Source: a virus
Lineage: Duplodnaviria > Caudoviricetes
Direction: 5' to 3' (one strand)
IMG/VR virus record: IMGVR_UViG_3300020043_000581
Coordinates: 1 to 31,242 of that record
DNA length: 31,242 bases
The number at the start of each line of letters is the position of its first letter. Positions within the stretch are counted from its first letter, which is position 1. Below are positions 17,188-25,954 of the stretch, piece by piece. The notes under the pieces are model-generated. The model was not told where the DNA came from and made no database searches. It saw only the letters and a list, made by a program, of their open reading frames with translations. The position numbers and the translations under genes were made by a program.

Positions 17188-18147
17188 ATGTCTATTAAAA
17201 AGTATGTAAAATCGAATTTCGATTATGATGTGGCTGGATTGTCACCGTATGTTGACGAACAACGTGAAGACCTTATTCACCGTTCGGTAACTGAAGCACA
17301 AACACTTTCCTACATTGCGATTCAACAAGGAATCAAAGGTAGCGAAGAATTAAAATTGCTCAATGATTCAATCGTTTACCAAACTGGTGATTGTTCAATG
17401 TCACCTTCAGGTGATACAATCTTCACTGACCGTGCGATTTCCGTTGAAACAATTGGTTACTTAAAAAGATTTTGTCAAAAGGATTTAGCTGGATTCTGGA
17501 CGCAACTTGCGCTTCGTCCGGGTGCAATGGCTGAAGACAAGACGTTACCATTCGAACAAATCTTAATCAACTACTTATTAGAGTTACACGCGTTCGAATT
17601 AGAAAAATTAATCTGGCAAGGTAACAAAGCGACTGGTTCAGGGAACTTGGCGTTCATGAATGGATTCAATCAATTCTTGACTGTTGCGAATGGTTGTGTT
17701 GACTTGAACACTTCAGGTCAAACGTCAATCGACGCGACAAACGCTTATGACATTTTTTACGAAGCGTTCACGAACACACCTTCAAACATCGCTGAAGGAC
17801 AAGATTTCATTTGCTTCACTGGTCGTGAGAATTTCAACTACTTATTGAAGAACTTGGTTGACCTTAATCTTTACAACTACAATCCGGGACAATTCGCAAC
17901 AATGAATGAATTGCTTTTACCGGGAACAAACATGCGAGTTGTTAAAGTTAACGGATTGAACGGAACGACAAAGATTTACACTGGTCGCGCTTCACATTTC
18001 TTCTTCGGAACTGACCTTTCAAGTGATTTCGAATCTTACGATTTGTGGTATTCATTTGACGACGATGTGATTTATTTACGTTCCAAATTCCGCGCTGGTG
18101 TTCAGGTGCCTTTCTTGAACCAAGTTGGAACATACGAAGGAATCTAA
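17188..18147 (+). CDS. Major capsid protein
   Basis: 319 aa, LEKLIWQG motif, follows the scaffold and is followed by a terminator. Confidence 0.8.
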   Translation: MSIKKYVKSNFDYDVAGLSPYVDEQREDLIHRSVTEAQTLSYIAIQQGIKGSEELKLLNDSIVYQTGDCSMSPSGDTIFTDRAISVETIGYLKRFCQKDLAGFWTQLALRPGAMAEDKTLPFEQILINYLLELHAFELEKLIWQGNKATGSGNLAFMNGFNQFLTVANGCVDLNTSGQTSIDATNAYDIFYEAFTNTPSNIAEGQDFICFTGRENFNYLLKNLVDLNLYNYNPGQFATMNELLLPGTNMRVVKVNGLNGTTKIYTGRASHFFFGTDLSSDFESYDLWYSFDDDVIYLRSKFRAGVQVPFLNQVGTYEGI

Positions 18148-18162
18148 TCAAACAAAATTAAC

Positions 18163-18186
18163 GGCGCGTTTCGGCGCGCCTTTGTT
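18163..18186 (+). terminator. Hairpin/intrinsic terminator after the capsid gene
   Basis: GGCGCGT-TTCG-GCGCGCC followed by TTTGTT; the imperfect U tract suggests partial read-through. Confidence 0.7.
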
Positions 18187-18208
18187 AAACTTAAAAAAAT
18201 AAAAAACG

Positions 18209-18742
18209 ATGTCTTGTTTAATGACCACGGGCTATAATGACCGTACATGTACAAATGGAAAAGGTGGTATCAAATCGGTGTTGTTGTTTCCTTTGGGTGC
18301 AACTTCAGGTGCGGTTGTTTCTGGAACAAACGAATTGACTTCATTGACTGTAACTGGTGAAACATTTCTTTACAAATTGAAATCAAATTTATCAAGCTAC
18401 ACTGCACCAGTTCGTGTTGACAAAAACAACGGAACACTTTGGTATGAACACGAACTTTCAATGATACTTGCGAGCGATTCAAAAGAATTGCGTCAAGAAA
18501 TTCACTTGCTTGCACAAAACGAATGTGTTTGCTTGGTTGAAAACGCTGACGGAACAATCGTTGCGCTTGGTCTTGGTGAAGGTCTTCAGGTTGCTGACGC
18601 AAACGAATACACTTCAGGTGTATTGAAAAGCGACCGAAAAGGTCATGTGATCGTAATGCGTGGAATGGAAAACGACGAAGTTCCAGATGTTAACGCAACG
18701 CTTTATACTACCTTGTTAGCACAACAATCACCAGTTATTTAA
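18209..18742 (+). CDS. Major tail (tube) protein
   Basis: 177 aa, beta-rich, GGIKSV and NGTLWYEHEL; flanked by terminators as expected for a highly expressed gene. Confidence 0.6.
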   Translation: MSCLMTTGYNDRTCTNGKGGIKSVLLFPLGATSGAVVSGTNELTSLTVTGETFLYKLKSNLSSYTAPVRVDKNNGTLWYEHELSMILASDSKELRQEIHLLAQNECVCLVENADGTIVALGLGEGLQVADANEYTSGVLKSDRKGHVIVMRGMENDEVPDVNATLYTTLLAQQSPVI

Positions 18743-18762
18743 TAAATAACCTACACAATTTT

Positions 18763-18795
18763 AAGGGGATGGGCTTTGTCCCGTCCCTTTTTTTT
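18763..18795 (+). terminator. Intrinsic terminator
   Basis: AAGGGGATGGG-loop-CCCGTCCCTTT running into a T8 tract. Confidence 0.85.
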
Positions 18796-18798
18796 GTT

Positions 18799-18810
18799 TA
18801 ATTTAGTCGC
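18799..18810 (+). promoter_or_regulatory. Putative -7 element TAATTTAG, 4 nt before ATG 18811
   Basis: Same context as 2720; sits directly after a terminator. Confidence 0.5.
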
Positions 18811-19053
18811 ATGGAAATTAAGAAAGAATTTATCGGTTGCAAATGTTGGTCACCAACTATGGAACGATACGTCAAAATTGAAGCTGACAAAGGTGAACTT
18901 TATTTGTCACTTGGAATCCTTGACATTTACGAATTTGAGAAACCGAACCTTGTAAAAAAAGAGAATGTTAAAAATACAAAAAAACGGAACAACACCGCTG
19001 GTGGTAACGGTGACGGAAATGACAACAATTCCGAATCCGAATTACTTGTTTGA
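18811..19053 (+). CDS. Small hypothetical protein
   Basis: 80 aa; its 3' end overlaps the next gene by 89 bp. Confidence 0.55.
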   Translation: MEIKKEFIGCKCWSPTMERYVKIEADKGELYLSLGILDIYEFEKPNLVKKENVKNTKKRNNTAGGNGDGNDNNSESELLV

Positions 19054-19333
19054 ATTCATTCATGAACAATCGTTCAACACGCAAACATGTGTATTGAACA
19101 ACATTTCACAAGGAATTCCAAGATATGATGAATTCGTTTTGATTGACGGCGTTGATGTGAATTTCATTTACGACGGCTTTTATATTTATAACATTTACCA
19201 ACAATCTTCACCAGCGAATCTTGATCCAGCGCAATCACAAGGACTTGTCGAAACTGGACGCGCGCATGTGATTGAAGCGGATTCACCAAGTTACGAATAC
19301 GATTCACCGATTTATTTCAACATATATGAATAA
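18965..19333 (+). CDS. Hypothetical structural protein
   Basis: 122 aa, beta-rich, directly before the portal gene. Confidence 0.65.
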   Translation: MLKIQKNGTTPLVVTVTEMTTIPNPNYLFEFIHEQSFNTQTCVLNNISQGIPRYDEFVLIDGVDVNFIYDGFYIYNIYQQSSPANLDPAQSQGLVETGRAHVIEADSPSYEYDSPIYFNIYE

Positions 19334-21089
19334 TAAAATCACGTCTTTGTCATTTCGCAAGGACTTTCAAAAACCTGAAGAAGAAAAAGACCGTTCACTT
19401 GGATTCACAAAGTGGGGAAAAAAGAACGACTATCCATTTTTTTTGGTGGAACTTTACAACGGTTCAGCTTATCACCAAGGAATAATAAAGAATAAAACAC
19501 ACTACATTGCCGGTGGTGGTCTTCAAATCGTTTCTGGAATGGTTCAACCATTCATTGACAACAAATGGTCGGACTTCGACATGAACGAAATCGCTGAACG
19601 AATGGCGTTCGACCAAGAATTGTTCGGTGGAATGGCGGTGAAAGGAACGTGGAATAAGGAACAAACAAAGGTTGTCATGTGGGAACACATTCCGATTGAT
19701 ATGATTCGAGCGTCGGTTGATGAAAGAACCTACTATATTTCGGATGACTGGACGGCGTTGAATCAATCACCGGAAAAAACGAACCTTCGAATTTTACCAG
19801 CTTACGACAAGGACAACCGAACCGGTTCGTTTATTCTTTACTACAAAGAACCGCACCTGAAAGGTCGAAAAGAACTTGGTGTTTATCCGAAGCCGTCTTA
19901 TTATGGTGGAATCACCGCGATTCAAACGGACGTGGACATTTCAAAGTTCCACATGTACGAACTTCAAAACGGATTCAAATCGGGAACATTAATCAACTTT
20001 CCTTCTGGTTATCCAGAAACAACCGAAGAATTGAATCGACTGAAGGAAAATGTCAAAGGTCGTTCACAATCAGTCGAAGACGCTGGTGAAATCATTTTGA
20101 CATTCAGCAATGGCAAAGACGAAGCACCTGAAGTATTGTCGTTGAATGGGAACAATTTGGATCAAAGATATTTGGCGACTGAAAAAAGCGTTCAACAAAA
20201 CATTCTTGTGGCGCACGCGATTACTTCACCGCAATTGTTCGGTGTTCGTCAAGAAGGTTCATTCAATTCAGCTGAATCAATGGACTTGTTCAATATCTTC
20301 AAAGCGACTTATGTGAACACAAAGCAAAAGCGAATTGAATGGATGTTGAACTTAATGCTGAAGCTTGGAGGGTATATTGGTGAAATTAAACTTGTCGATG
20401 TTGAACCATTTCCAAAACCACAACCGACACCAGCACCAGCACCGACACCGATTGTTCAATCGTGTCACAACAACAATTTCAGCGACGACGAAATAAAGGT
20501 GTTCGAACAATTCGGTGAATCAAATGACAAGTTCATCGTGTTACATTCCGAACCGATTGCGTGGGACACACCAAGCGAACAAGTGTTTTCACGAAGTCAA
20601 CAATTATTCGACAAGGTTGGTGAAATTTCAGCGACGTTGACTGGTGCTGACAAAGACGTTTTGAAATTACTTTCCGACGGTGAATCAAGCGAAGCAATCG
20701 CGAAAGCTTTGAACACATCAATTGAAGACGTTGCGAAAAGAATTGCGACGCTTCGTGAACTTGAAATTCTCACGAAGGGGGGTGAAGTGAACACGCTGGG
20801 AAAGTCCGTAATTGAAAACCTTGACATTCCGATTTCAAGGTTCGAAGTTCGTTACACTTACCGAACACGTCCGAATGTTCCCGATCCGATTACACAATCA
20901 CGCGCGTTTTGCGTGAAGCTTATCGAATTAAACCGAAGTTATTCACGTCAAGATATTGACAACATTTCCGTTCGGGTTGACCGCGACGTGTGGAAATACC
21001 GCGGTGGTTGGTACACAAATCCAGACACACAAGTCACAACACCGTTTTGTCGTCACGAATGGATTCAACAACTAGTAATTGCACAATAA
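19326..21089 (+). CDS. Portal protein with a long C-terminal extension
   Basis: WGKKNDYP, SAYHQGII, YPKPSY, NGFKSG and ILVAHAITSPQLFG. Probable start ATG 19326. Confidence 0.85.
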   Translation: MNNKITSLSFRKDFQKPEEEKDRSLGFTKWGKKNDYPFFLVELYNGSAYHQGIIKNKTHYIAGGGLQIVSGMVQPFIDNKWSDFDMNEIAERMAFDQELFGGMAVKGTWNKEQTKVVMWEHIPIDMIRASVDERTYYISDDWTALNQSPEKTNLRILPAYDKDNRTGSFILYYKEPHLKGRKELGVYPKPSYYGGITAIQTDVDISKFHMYELQNGFKSGTLINFPSGYPETTEELNRLKENVKGRSQSVEDAGEIILTFSNGKDEAPEVLSLNGNNLDQRYLATEKSVQQNILVAHAITSPQLFGVRQEGSFNSAESMDLFNIFKATYVNTKQKRIEWMLNLMLKLGGYIGEIKLVDVEPFPKPQPTPAPAPTPIVQSCHNNNFSDDEIKVFEQFGESNDKFIVLHSEPIAWDTPSEQVFSRSQQLFDKVGEISATLTGADKDVLKLLSDGESSEAIAKALNTSIEDVAKRIATLRELEILTKGGEVNTLGKSVIENLDIPISRFEVRYTYRTRPNVPDPITQSRAFCVKLIELNRSYSRQDIDNISVRVDRDVWKYRGGWYTNPDTQVTTPFCRHEWIQQLVIAQ

Positions 21090-21090
21090 T

Positions 21091-21609
21091 ATGAACTATC
21101 TTTTATCCGTCGAGAATCTTAAAAAACTTGGATTGATTCACCAAAATACCGACACGAAAATTCTTGCCGTGGCGATTCGTCGAAGTCAAGACATCAATGT
21201 TCAACCAGCGTTGGGAACACCTTTGTACAAAGCTTTGTTGCAACGTGTTCAAACGAATACATGGACACCGACTTATTTGACCTTGATGAATGATTATGTC
21301 GTGCCGTGTTTGGTCGCTTATGTTGACTATCGTTGCGCGTTACTATTGAACGAAAAGCTGACAAACAAATCGGTCGGTCGTGTGAACGATGAACACATTT
21401 CCGCGAACAACACACCAGACACTTACGTTTTGCGTGACCAACTTTTGAAAGACGCGCAATTCTACAAAGAACGTCTTATCGGATTCTTAATGGACGACAA
21501 CGGCGACAACTATCCTGAATACATTGACTGTTGCGGATCACCTTCGATGTGTCATGAAAAAGTAACGAAAGACAACACTGGTTATTCACCGCTTAATTGG
21601 ATCATATGA
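21091..21609 (+). CDS. Putative head-tail adaptor
   Basis: Helical protein after the portal; QDINVQPALGTPLY motif. Confidence 0.55.
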   Translation: MNYLLSVENLKKLGLIHQNTDTKILAVAIRRSQDINVQPALGTPLYKALLQRVQTNTWTPTYLTLMNDYVVPCLVAYVDYRCALLLNEKLTNKSVGRVNDEHISANNTPDTYVLRDQLLKDAQFYKERLIGFLMDDNGDNYPEYIDCCGSPSMCHEKVTKDNTGYSPLNWII

Positions 21610-21761
21610 ACAAACGGTTCACACCAAGCAAAAAAGACATTGAAAAACTGAACAAATACCTGAAGAATGGAAAAGACGCTAAACCAGTTAATGAAGGAAT
21701 TCGAAACAATTGCGACCGAACACCGTCAAATAAACAGCTTCTTTCAAGGCGACTATCTTGA
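21606..21761 (+). CDS. Small basic ORF (51 aa, MNKRFTPSKKDIEKLNKYLK...)
   Basis: Translated by hand; ATGA-coupled and bridges the gap to 21667. Confidence 0.4.
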   Translation: MNKRFTPSKKDIEKLNKYLKNGKDAKPVNEGIRNNCDRTPSNKQLLSRRLS

Positions 21762-22131
21762 CGCGGTGTCACGCGACGCGGTTGATTATCCTTTAATGGT
21801 TGTGACCTTACAACCGGGACAAATTAACGACTTCGGTGTTCAGGTGAACGCAATTATTTCGATTGCTGACAAATACAACATTCAGGAATACCGACAAATC
21901 AACGAAATTCATTCCGATTGTTTGTCAATTTGTAAAGATATTCATGTCATTTTGAAGCAATGGCGCTTCGAAGATTTCCTTGACGTGACTGGAACAATGG
22001 CGACGACACCATTCATCAACCGTTCACAAGACGTGACGGCTGGCTGGACAATGAACATCGCGATGAATGTTTATGACAACGAAGATTGGTGTCAAATTCC
22101 TATGGACAATTATTCATTCGGCAATGATTAA
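21667..22131 (+). CDS. Putative tail terminator protein
   Basis: 154 aa, acidic; YPLMVV and PFINRSQDVTAGW. Confidence 0.5.
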   Translation: MEKTLNQLMKEFETIATEHRQINSFFQGDYLDAVSRDAVDYPLMVVTLQPGQINDFGVQVNAIISIADKYNIQEYRQINEIHSDCLSICKDIHVILKQWRFEDFLDVTGTMATTPFINRSQDVTAGWTMNIAMNVYDNEDWCQIPMDNYSFGND

Positions 22132-22309
22132 TCAAGATCACCTTCGATTCCTTGCGGTTGCTTACTATCTTGTTAGTTACGGAACGGCGTTTTCATTGTG
22201 GTTCACTCATGAAATTCAAATGATTCTTTTCGGCTGGACAATTTTCTTTTTCAATACTTATCAAATTTTTACTGAATTGCACCACAATCAACTTGACGAT
22301 GAAAACTAA
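22124..22309 (+). CDS. Small two-TM membrane protein (possible lysis accessory)
   Basis: ATG 22124; two hydrophobic stretches; directly before the holin. Confidence 0.55.
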   Translation: MINQDHLRFLAVAYYLVSYGTAFSLWFTHEIQMILFGWTIFFFNTYQIFTELHHNQLDDEN

Positions 22310-22718
22310 CTTGACTTTGCTTGGCGTTTCTTTTTTATCAATTCTCGCACCAGTGAAAGGTATGGTTGCAATCACTATCTTTTTTATTTGGATTGACCTT
22401 GTGGTCGGAATTTGGCGAAGTAAAAAATTGAAATATCCATTGCGGTCAACTGGATTCAAACGAACCGTGTCGAAAACATTGCTTTACGCTGGCGCGATTG
22501 TGTCCGTTTTCTTTCTTGAAATGTATGTACTTGCGGACTTGATTGGCTTGTTCGTATCGGTTGACCTTGTGTTGACCAAGGCGTTCACATTCTTTTGTGT
22601 GTTCGTTGAATTAAAATCAATCAATGAATCTTATTTCGACGTAACAAAGAAGGATGTCTTGAAATCATTCAAAGAATTTATAACAGCAAAACACAAAGAA
22701 TGGGACGAATTCAAATAA
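22299..22718 (+). CDS. Holin
   Basis: Several TM segments with IDLVVGIW, S.GF.RT..K and ELKSINES; directly upstream of the endolysin. Confidence 0.75.
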   Translation: MKTNLTLLGVSFLSILAPVKGMVAITIFFIWIDLVVGIWRSKKLKYPLRSTGFKRTVSKTLLYAGAIVSVFFLEMYVLADLIGLFVSVDLVLTKAFTFFCVFVELKSINESYFDVTKKDVLKSFKEFITAKHKEWDEFK

Positions 22719-23356
22719 GTGACTTGAATTTAATTCAGGAACGATTGTCACCGGGACAATTCATCGCTGAAGAACATCCAAAAACACAAGTGTATCTTCA
22801 CCACACCGCTGGTGGTGGTGACGCGCGAAGCGTTTCAAGATTCTGGAATTCGAATTCTTCAAAGATTGCGACCGCTTTTGTCATTGGTGAACGTGGCGAA
22901 ATCGTTCAATGCTTCAGTTCAAAACACTGGGCGTGGCACTTGGGTGTTGGTTCGGAAATTTTCAGGGCGAACAAGATTCCATTTCGTGACCTGAACAAGA
23001 CGTCAATCGGAATTGAATTGACAAACTGGGGACCGTTGAAACAAGTGAACGGTAAATTTTACAACTACGTCAACCGTGTCGTTCCTTCGTCAATGGTGAC
23101 TGAACTTGAACGACCATTCAAGAACCACAAGTTTTGGTTCAAATATACGGACGAACAAATCGAATCGACACGAAAGCTTGTGACTTACCTTTGCGAAACA
23201 TACGACATTCCGCTTGATTACAACGAATCGATTTGGGACATTGATTTGTTTGCGCTGAAAAATGAAAAAGGAATTTACACACACAATTCGGTGCGAAAAG
23301 ACAAATCCGACGTGTATCCGTGTCCACGTTTAATCGAAATGCTCAAGAACTTATGA
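22700..23356 (+). CDS. Endolysin, N-acetylmuramoyl-L-alanine amidase (Amidase_2-like)
   Basis: YLHHTAG, AWHLG, SIGIEL and THNSVRKDKSD zinc-amidase motifs. Confidence 0.9.
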   Translation: MGRIQISDLNLIQERLSPGQFIAEEHPKTQVYLHHTAGGGDARSVSRFWNSNSSKIATAFVIGERGEIVQCFSSKHWAWHLGVGSEIFRANKIPFRDLNKTSIGIELTNWGPLKQVNGKFYNYVNRVVPSSMVTELERPFKNHKFWFKYTDEQIESTRKLVTYLCETYDIPLDYNESIWDIDLFALKNEKGIYTHNSVRKDKSDVYPCPRLIEMLKNL

Positions 23357-23811
23357 AAATAATTTACGCCATTTTAATCACGTTTGCCGTCGTTTCGTGT
23401 TCATCGGAAAGGAAAGCACAATATCACGTTAAAAAAGCGCTTAAACATGGCGCAAAATTAACACAAGACACCGACACAATTCGAATCACAACCATTGATT
23501 CATTCCCGGTCATTAAACACGATTCAATTGTTTGGGAAAAATTCATAACAACAAAAGACACGGTGATAAATTTTAGAAACGTGTATGTTCCGAAGACACG
23601 ATTCCAGACACGAATCGAATACAAAGAACGCGTGAAGACACTTCGAATCGAAGGAAAAACAAAATGGAAAACAGCGAAGGCGGTTCAGGTTGTGAAATAT
23701 CGCACGAACTGGTGGGTTGTCTTCATTGCTTTTGTTGTTGGCTTCATCCTTCGATTTGTATTGAACAGCACCTTCATTTCGCGCGTTCAATTATTCTTCA
23801 AATATCTATGA
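23353..23811 (+). CDS. Spanin-like lipoprotein (u-spanin architecture)
   Basis: Signal peptide with lipobox VVSC, beta-rich middle and C-terminal TM; follows the endolysin. Confidence 0.6.
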   Translation: MKIIYAILITFAVVSCSSERKAQYHVKKALKHGAKLTQDTDTIRITTIDSFPVIKHDSIVWEKFITTKDTVINFRNVYVPKTRFQTRIEYKERVKTLRIEGKTKWKTAKAVQVVKYRTNWWVVFIAFVVGFILRFVLNSTFISRVQLFFKYL

Positions 23812-24842
23812 ATAAATTTCGACCAAGGTTGACGCCAGACGAATTTCGTGTGGTTGAACAATACCGTGCAATCAAACGTGAATGTATTGAACAAGACATC
23901 GACCTGAAGACCGTCAAACACGGTTGGTTGAAATCAAAGAACACCAGCTTGTTTTTCAAGAATCCTGACTTTGAAGACCAAGAATCAAAGAAGCTGGAAC
24001 AATTAAAGGTTGACATTCTCAAATCGATTGAAGAACATTCACCAGTTTATCCAGAAATCAAACGAACGAAATCAAGTGAAGGTCATTTACTTGTCATTGA
24101 TCCAGCTGACGTTCACATCGGAAAGCTTGCGACCGCGTTCGAAACTGGTGAAGATTACAACCAACAAATCGCCGTCAAGCGCGTTCACGAAGGTGTTCAA
24201 GGAATTCTTGACAAGTCAAGTGGATTCCAGATTGAAAAGATATTGTTCATCGGTGGCAATGACATTCTTCACATCGACACACCGAAACGTCAAACGACTT
24301 CAGGAACACCACAAGACACCGACGGAATGTGGTACGAAAATTTTCTAAACGCGAAACGGTTGTATGTTGAAATTCTTGAAAAGCTGGTGACCATTGCGGA
24401 CGTTCATTTCACTTTCAATCCGTCAAATCACGACTATACAAACGGCTTTTTCCTTGCGGATGTCATTCAGTCATGGTTCAGGAATTGTCCGAATATCACA
24501 TTCGATTGTTCAATATCACATCGCAAAGCGTTTCAATACGGCACAAGTTTAATCGGAACGACACACGGCGACGGCGCGAAGCTTCATGACTTGCCGTTGT
24601 TAATGGCACAAGAATTCCCGGTTGAATGGTCGCAAACGAAACACCGTTATGTGTACACACACCACGTTCACCACAAAATGTCAAAAGATTTCATCGGTGT
24701 GACGGTTGAATCTTTGCGTTCACCGTCTGGAACGGATTCATGGCACCACCGCAATGGTTACCAACACGCGCCGAAAGCGATTGAAGGATTCATTCACCAC
24801 AAAGAACACGGTCAAATCGCACGATTGACACACATTTTTTAA
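23808..24842 (+). CDS. Calcineurin-like metallophosphoesterase
   Basis: DVHIG, GNDILHID, SNHD, THGD and HHVHH motifs. Probable start ATG 23808. Confidence 0.85.
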   Translation: MNKFRPRLTPDEFRVVEQYRAIKRECIEQDIDLKTVKHGWLKSKNTSLFFKNPDFEDQESKKLEQLKVDILKSIEEHSPVYPEIKRTKSSEGHLLVIDPADVHIGKLATAFETGEDYNQQIAVKRVHEGVQGILDKSSGFQIEKILFIGGNDILHIDTPKRQTTSGTPQDTDGMWYENFLNAKRLYVEILEKLVTIADVHFTFNPSNHDYTNGFFLADVIQSWFRNCPNITFDCSISHRKAFQYGTSLIGTTHGDGAKLHDLPLLMAQEFPVEWSQTKHRYVYTHHVHHKMSKDFIGVTVESLRSPSGTDSWHHRNGYQHAPKAIEGFIHHKEHGQIARLTHIF

Positions 24843-24888
24843 GCTTATCACCTTATTTTTGCGGAATTTATTTCAGCTTATCGCCTTA
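24842..24888. repeat. Direct repeat AGCTTATC(A/G)CCTTA x2, 33-bp period
   Basis: Copies at 24842-24855 and 24875-24888. Confidence 0.6.
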
Positions 24889-24936
24889 AAAAGTACAATT
24901 CACCGCACTTTTGTGTCGTTTATGACAACTAATCTT

Positions 24937-24958
24937 ATTTAGAATCATTCTAAATTTG
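24937..24958. promoter_or_regulatory. Perfect 9-1-9 palindrome ATTTAGAAT-C-ATTCTAAAT (Fur-box-like) overlapping -7 element TAAATTTG
   Basis: Palindrome at 24937-24955; TAnnTTTG at 24951-24958. Confidence 0.65.
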
Positions 24959-24977
24959 TGTAAAAATTAAAAGTTTT

Positions 24978-25018
24978 GTGAAAAAAGTTTTTCACTTATG
25001 AAACATTTTGTAATTTCA
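24978..25018 (+). promoter_or_regulatory. Second palindrome GTGAAAAA-AG-TTTTTCAC and putative early promoter
   Basis: 8-2-8 inverted repeat at 24978-24995, then ATGAAA-N7-TAATTTCA. Confidence 0.5.
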
Positions 25019-25046
25019 CCACGTTAAACAATTAAAAAAACACAAA

Positions 25047-25229
25047 ATGGAAAAAGAACAAATGATTGAAATCATTCTTCGTGAAGAACGTGAAGCGCGT
25101 GAATTCATGAATGAAATGGTCGAGAACTTCGGTCGTCAAGACGACTACACAAAACGAACAATTGCACAATGGTGTGTGATTGCTGAACTTATTGAAAAAC
25201 TACAAATCGAAAACAATGAAGAACTTTGA
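25047..25229 (+). CDS. Small early hypothetical protein
   Basis: 60 aa with an A-rich leader. Confidence 0.7.
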   Translation: MEKEQMIEIILREEREAREFMNEMVENFGRQDDYTKRTIAQWCVIAELIEKLQIENNEEL

Positions 25230-25335
25230 TCCTGAAGCACAAGAATTCCTGAAGCAAATGTTTGAATTCTTAAAATTTACCGCAATGGCGACCGTTTGCA
25301 CAATTTTATCACTTTATTTAATCTATTTATTATGA
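25216..25335 (+). CDS. Small membrane peptide (39 aa, MKNFDPEAQEF...)
   Basis: Translated by hand; C-terminal hydrophobic helix; ATGA overlap with the next gene. Confidence 0.55.
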   Translation: MKNFDPEAQEFLKQMFEFLKFTAMATVCTILSLYLIYLL

Positions 25336-25682
25336 AAGTAACATTCGACAAAAACCATTCTTCATTCACCTTTGAATTTGATTTCGACAAGTTCGGTGAA
25401 GGTTCATTCAAATTCGTTGACGTGACATGTGTTGACCATGACATCGTTGACGTGAACATTGAATTCGAAGACGTGTGGACGACACAACACATCGGTGAAA
25501 TTGAAATCGATTACATCCTGAACGAAGAAGAATGGAACGAACTTGAAAACGAAGTCAAAAGACAAATTCTTGAACAACCATTCGACTTTGACGCGCACGA
25601 ATATATTTCGGACGAAGACAAGTGGAACTGGTTCAAATATGAACAACAACAAATCGAACAAGCAAATGAAGAAAAATTCTAA
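25332..25682 (+). CDS. Acidic hypothetical protein
   Basis: ATG 25332 within the track ORF; strongly D/E-rich. Confidence 0.7.
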   Translation: MKVTFDKNHSSFTFEFDFDKFGEGSFKFVDVTCVDHDIVDVNIEFEDVWTTQHIGEIEIDYILNEEEWNELENEVKRQILEQPFDFDAHEYISDEDKWNWFKYEQQQIEQANEEKF

Positions 25683-25818
25683 ACCAAAAGAAAAAATGAC
25701 ATTGCCGACAATGGTTCGGTGGTGGTCACGTCAAAGCTTTACGCATGACAAAGGCGGTTCGTTTAACGTCCAGCTTTACCTTAAAATTTGTGAAATTAAA
25801 CTTTTGAAAAATGTATAA
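25666..25818 (+). CDS. Small hypothetical protein
   Basis: Start uncertain (25639, 25666 or 25696); fills the gap. Confidence 0.5.
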   Translation: MKKNSKPKEKMTLPTMVRWWSRQSFTHDKGGSFNVQLYLKICEIKLLKNV

Positions 25819-25954
25819 ACTACTTTACTTCTATGAATCACGGCTTGCGGAATCTTACGAATTCCCGACGAAAGCGCTTTGTCACTGGAAAATCAATGAA
25901 TTCCGCAAAGCTGGCACGCACATTTATGGTCACTTTGTAATTGAAAAGATATGA
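25811..25954 (+). CDS. Small hypothetical protein (47 aa, MYKLLYFYES...)
   Basis: Translated by hand; ATGA overlap with the next gene. Confidence 0.6.
   Translation: MYKLLYFYESRLAESYEFPTKALCHWKINEFRKAGTHIYGHFVIEKI

Noticed and set aside
18952-18967. A7 run as a frameshift fusing 18811 ORF to 18965 ORF
   Set aside because: The downstream gene is in the +1 frame and has its own ATG; the A-rich tract fits a Bacteroidota translation-initiation region.
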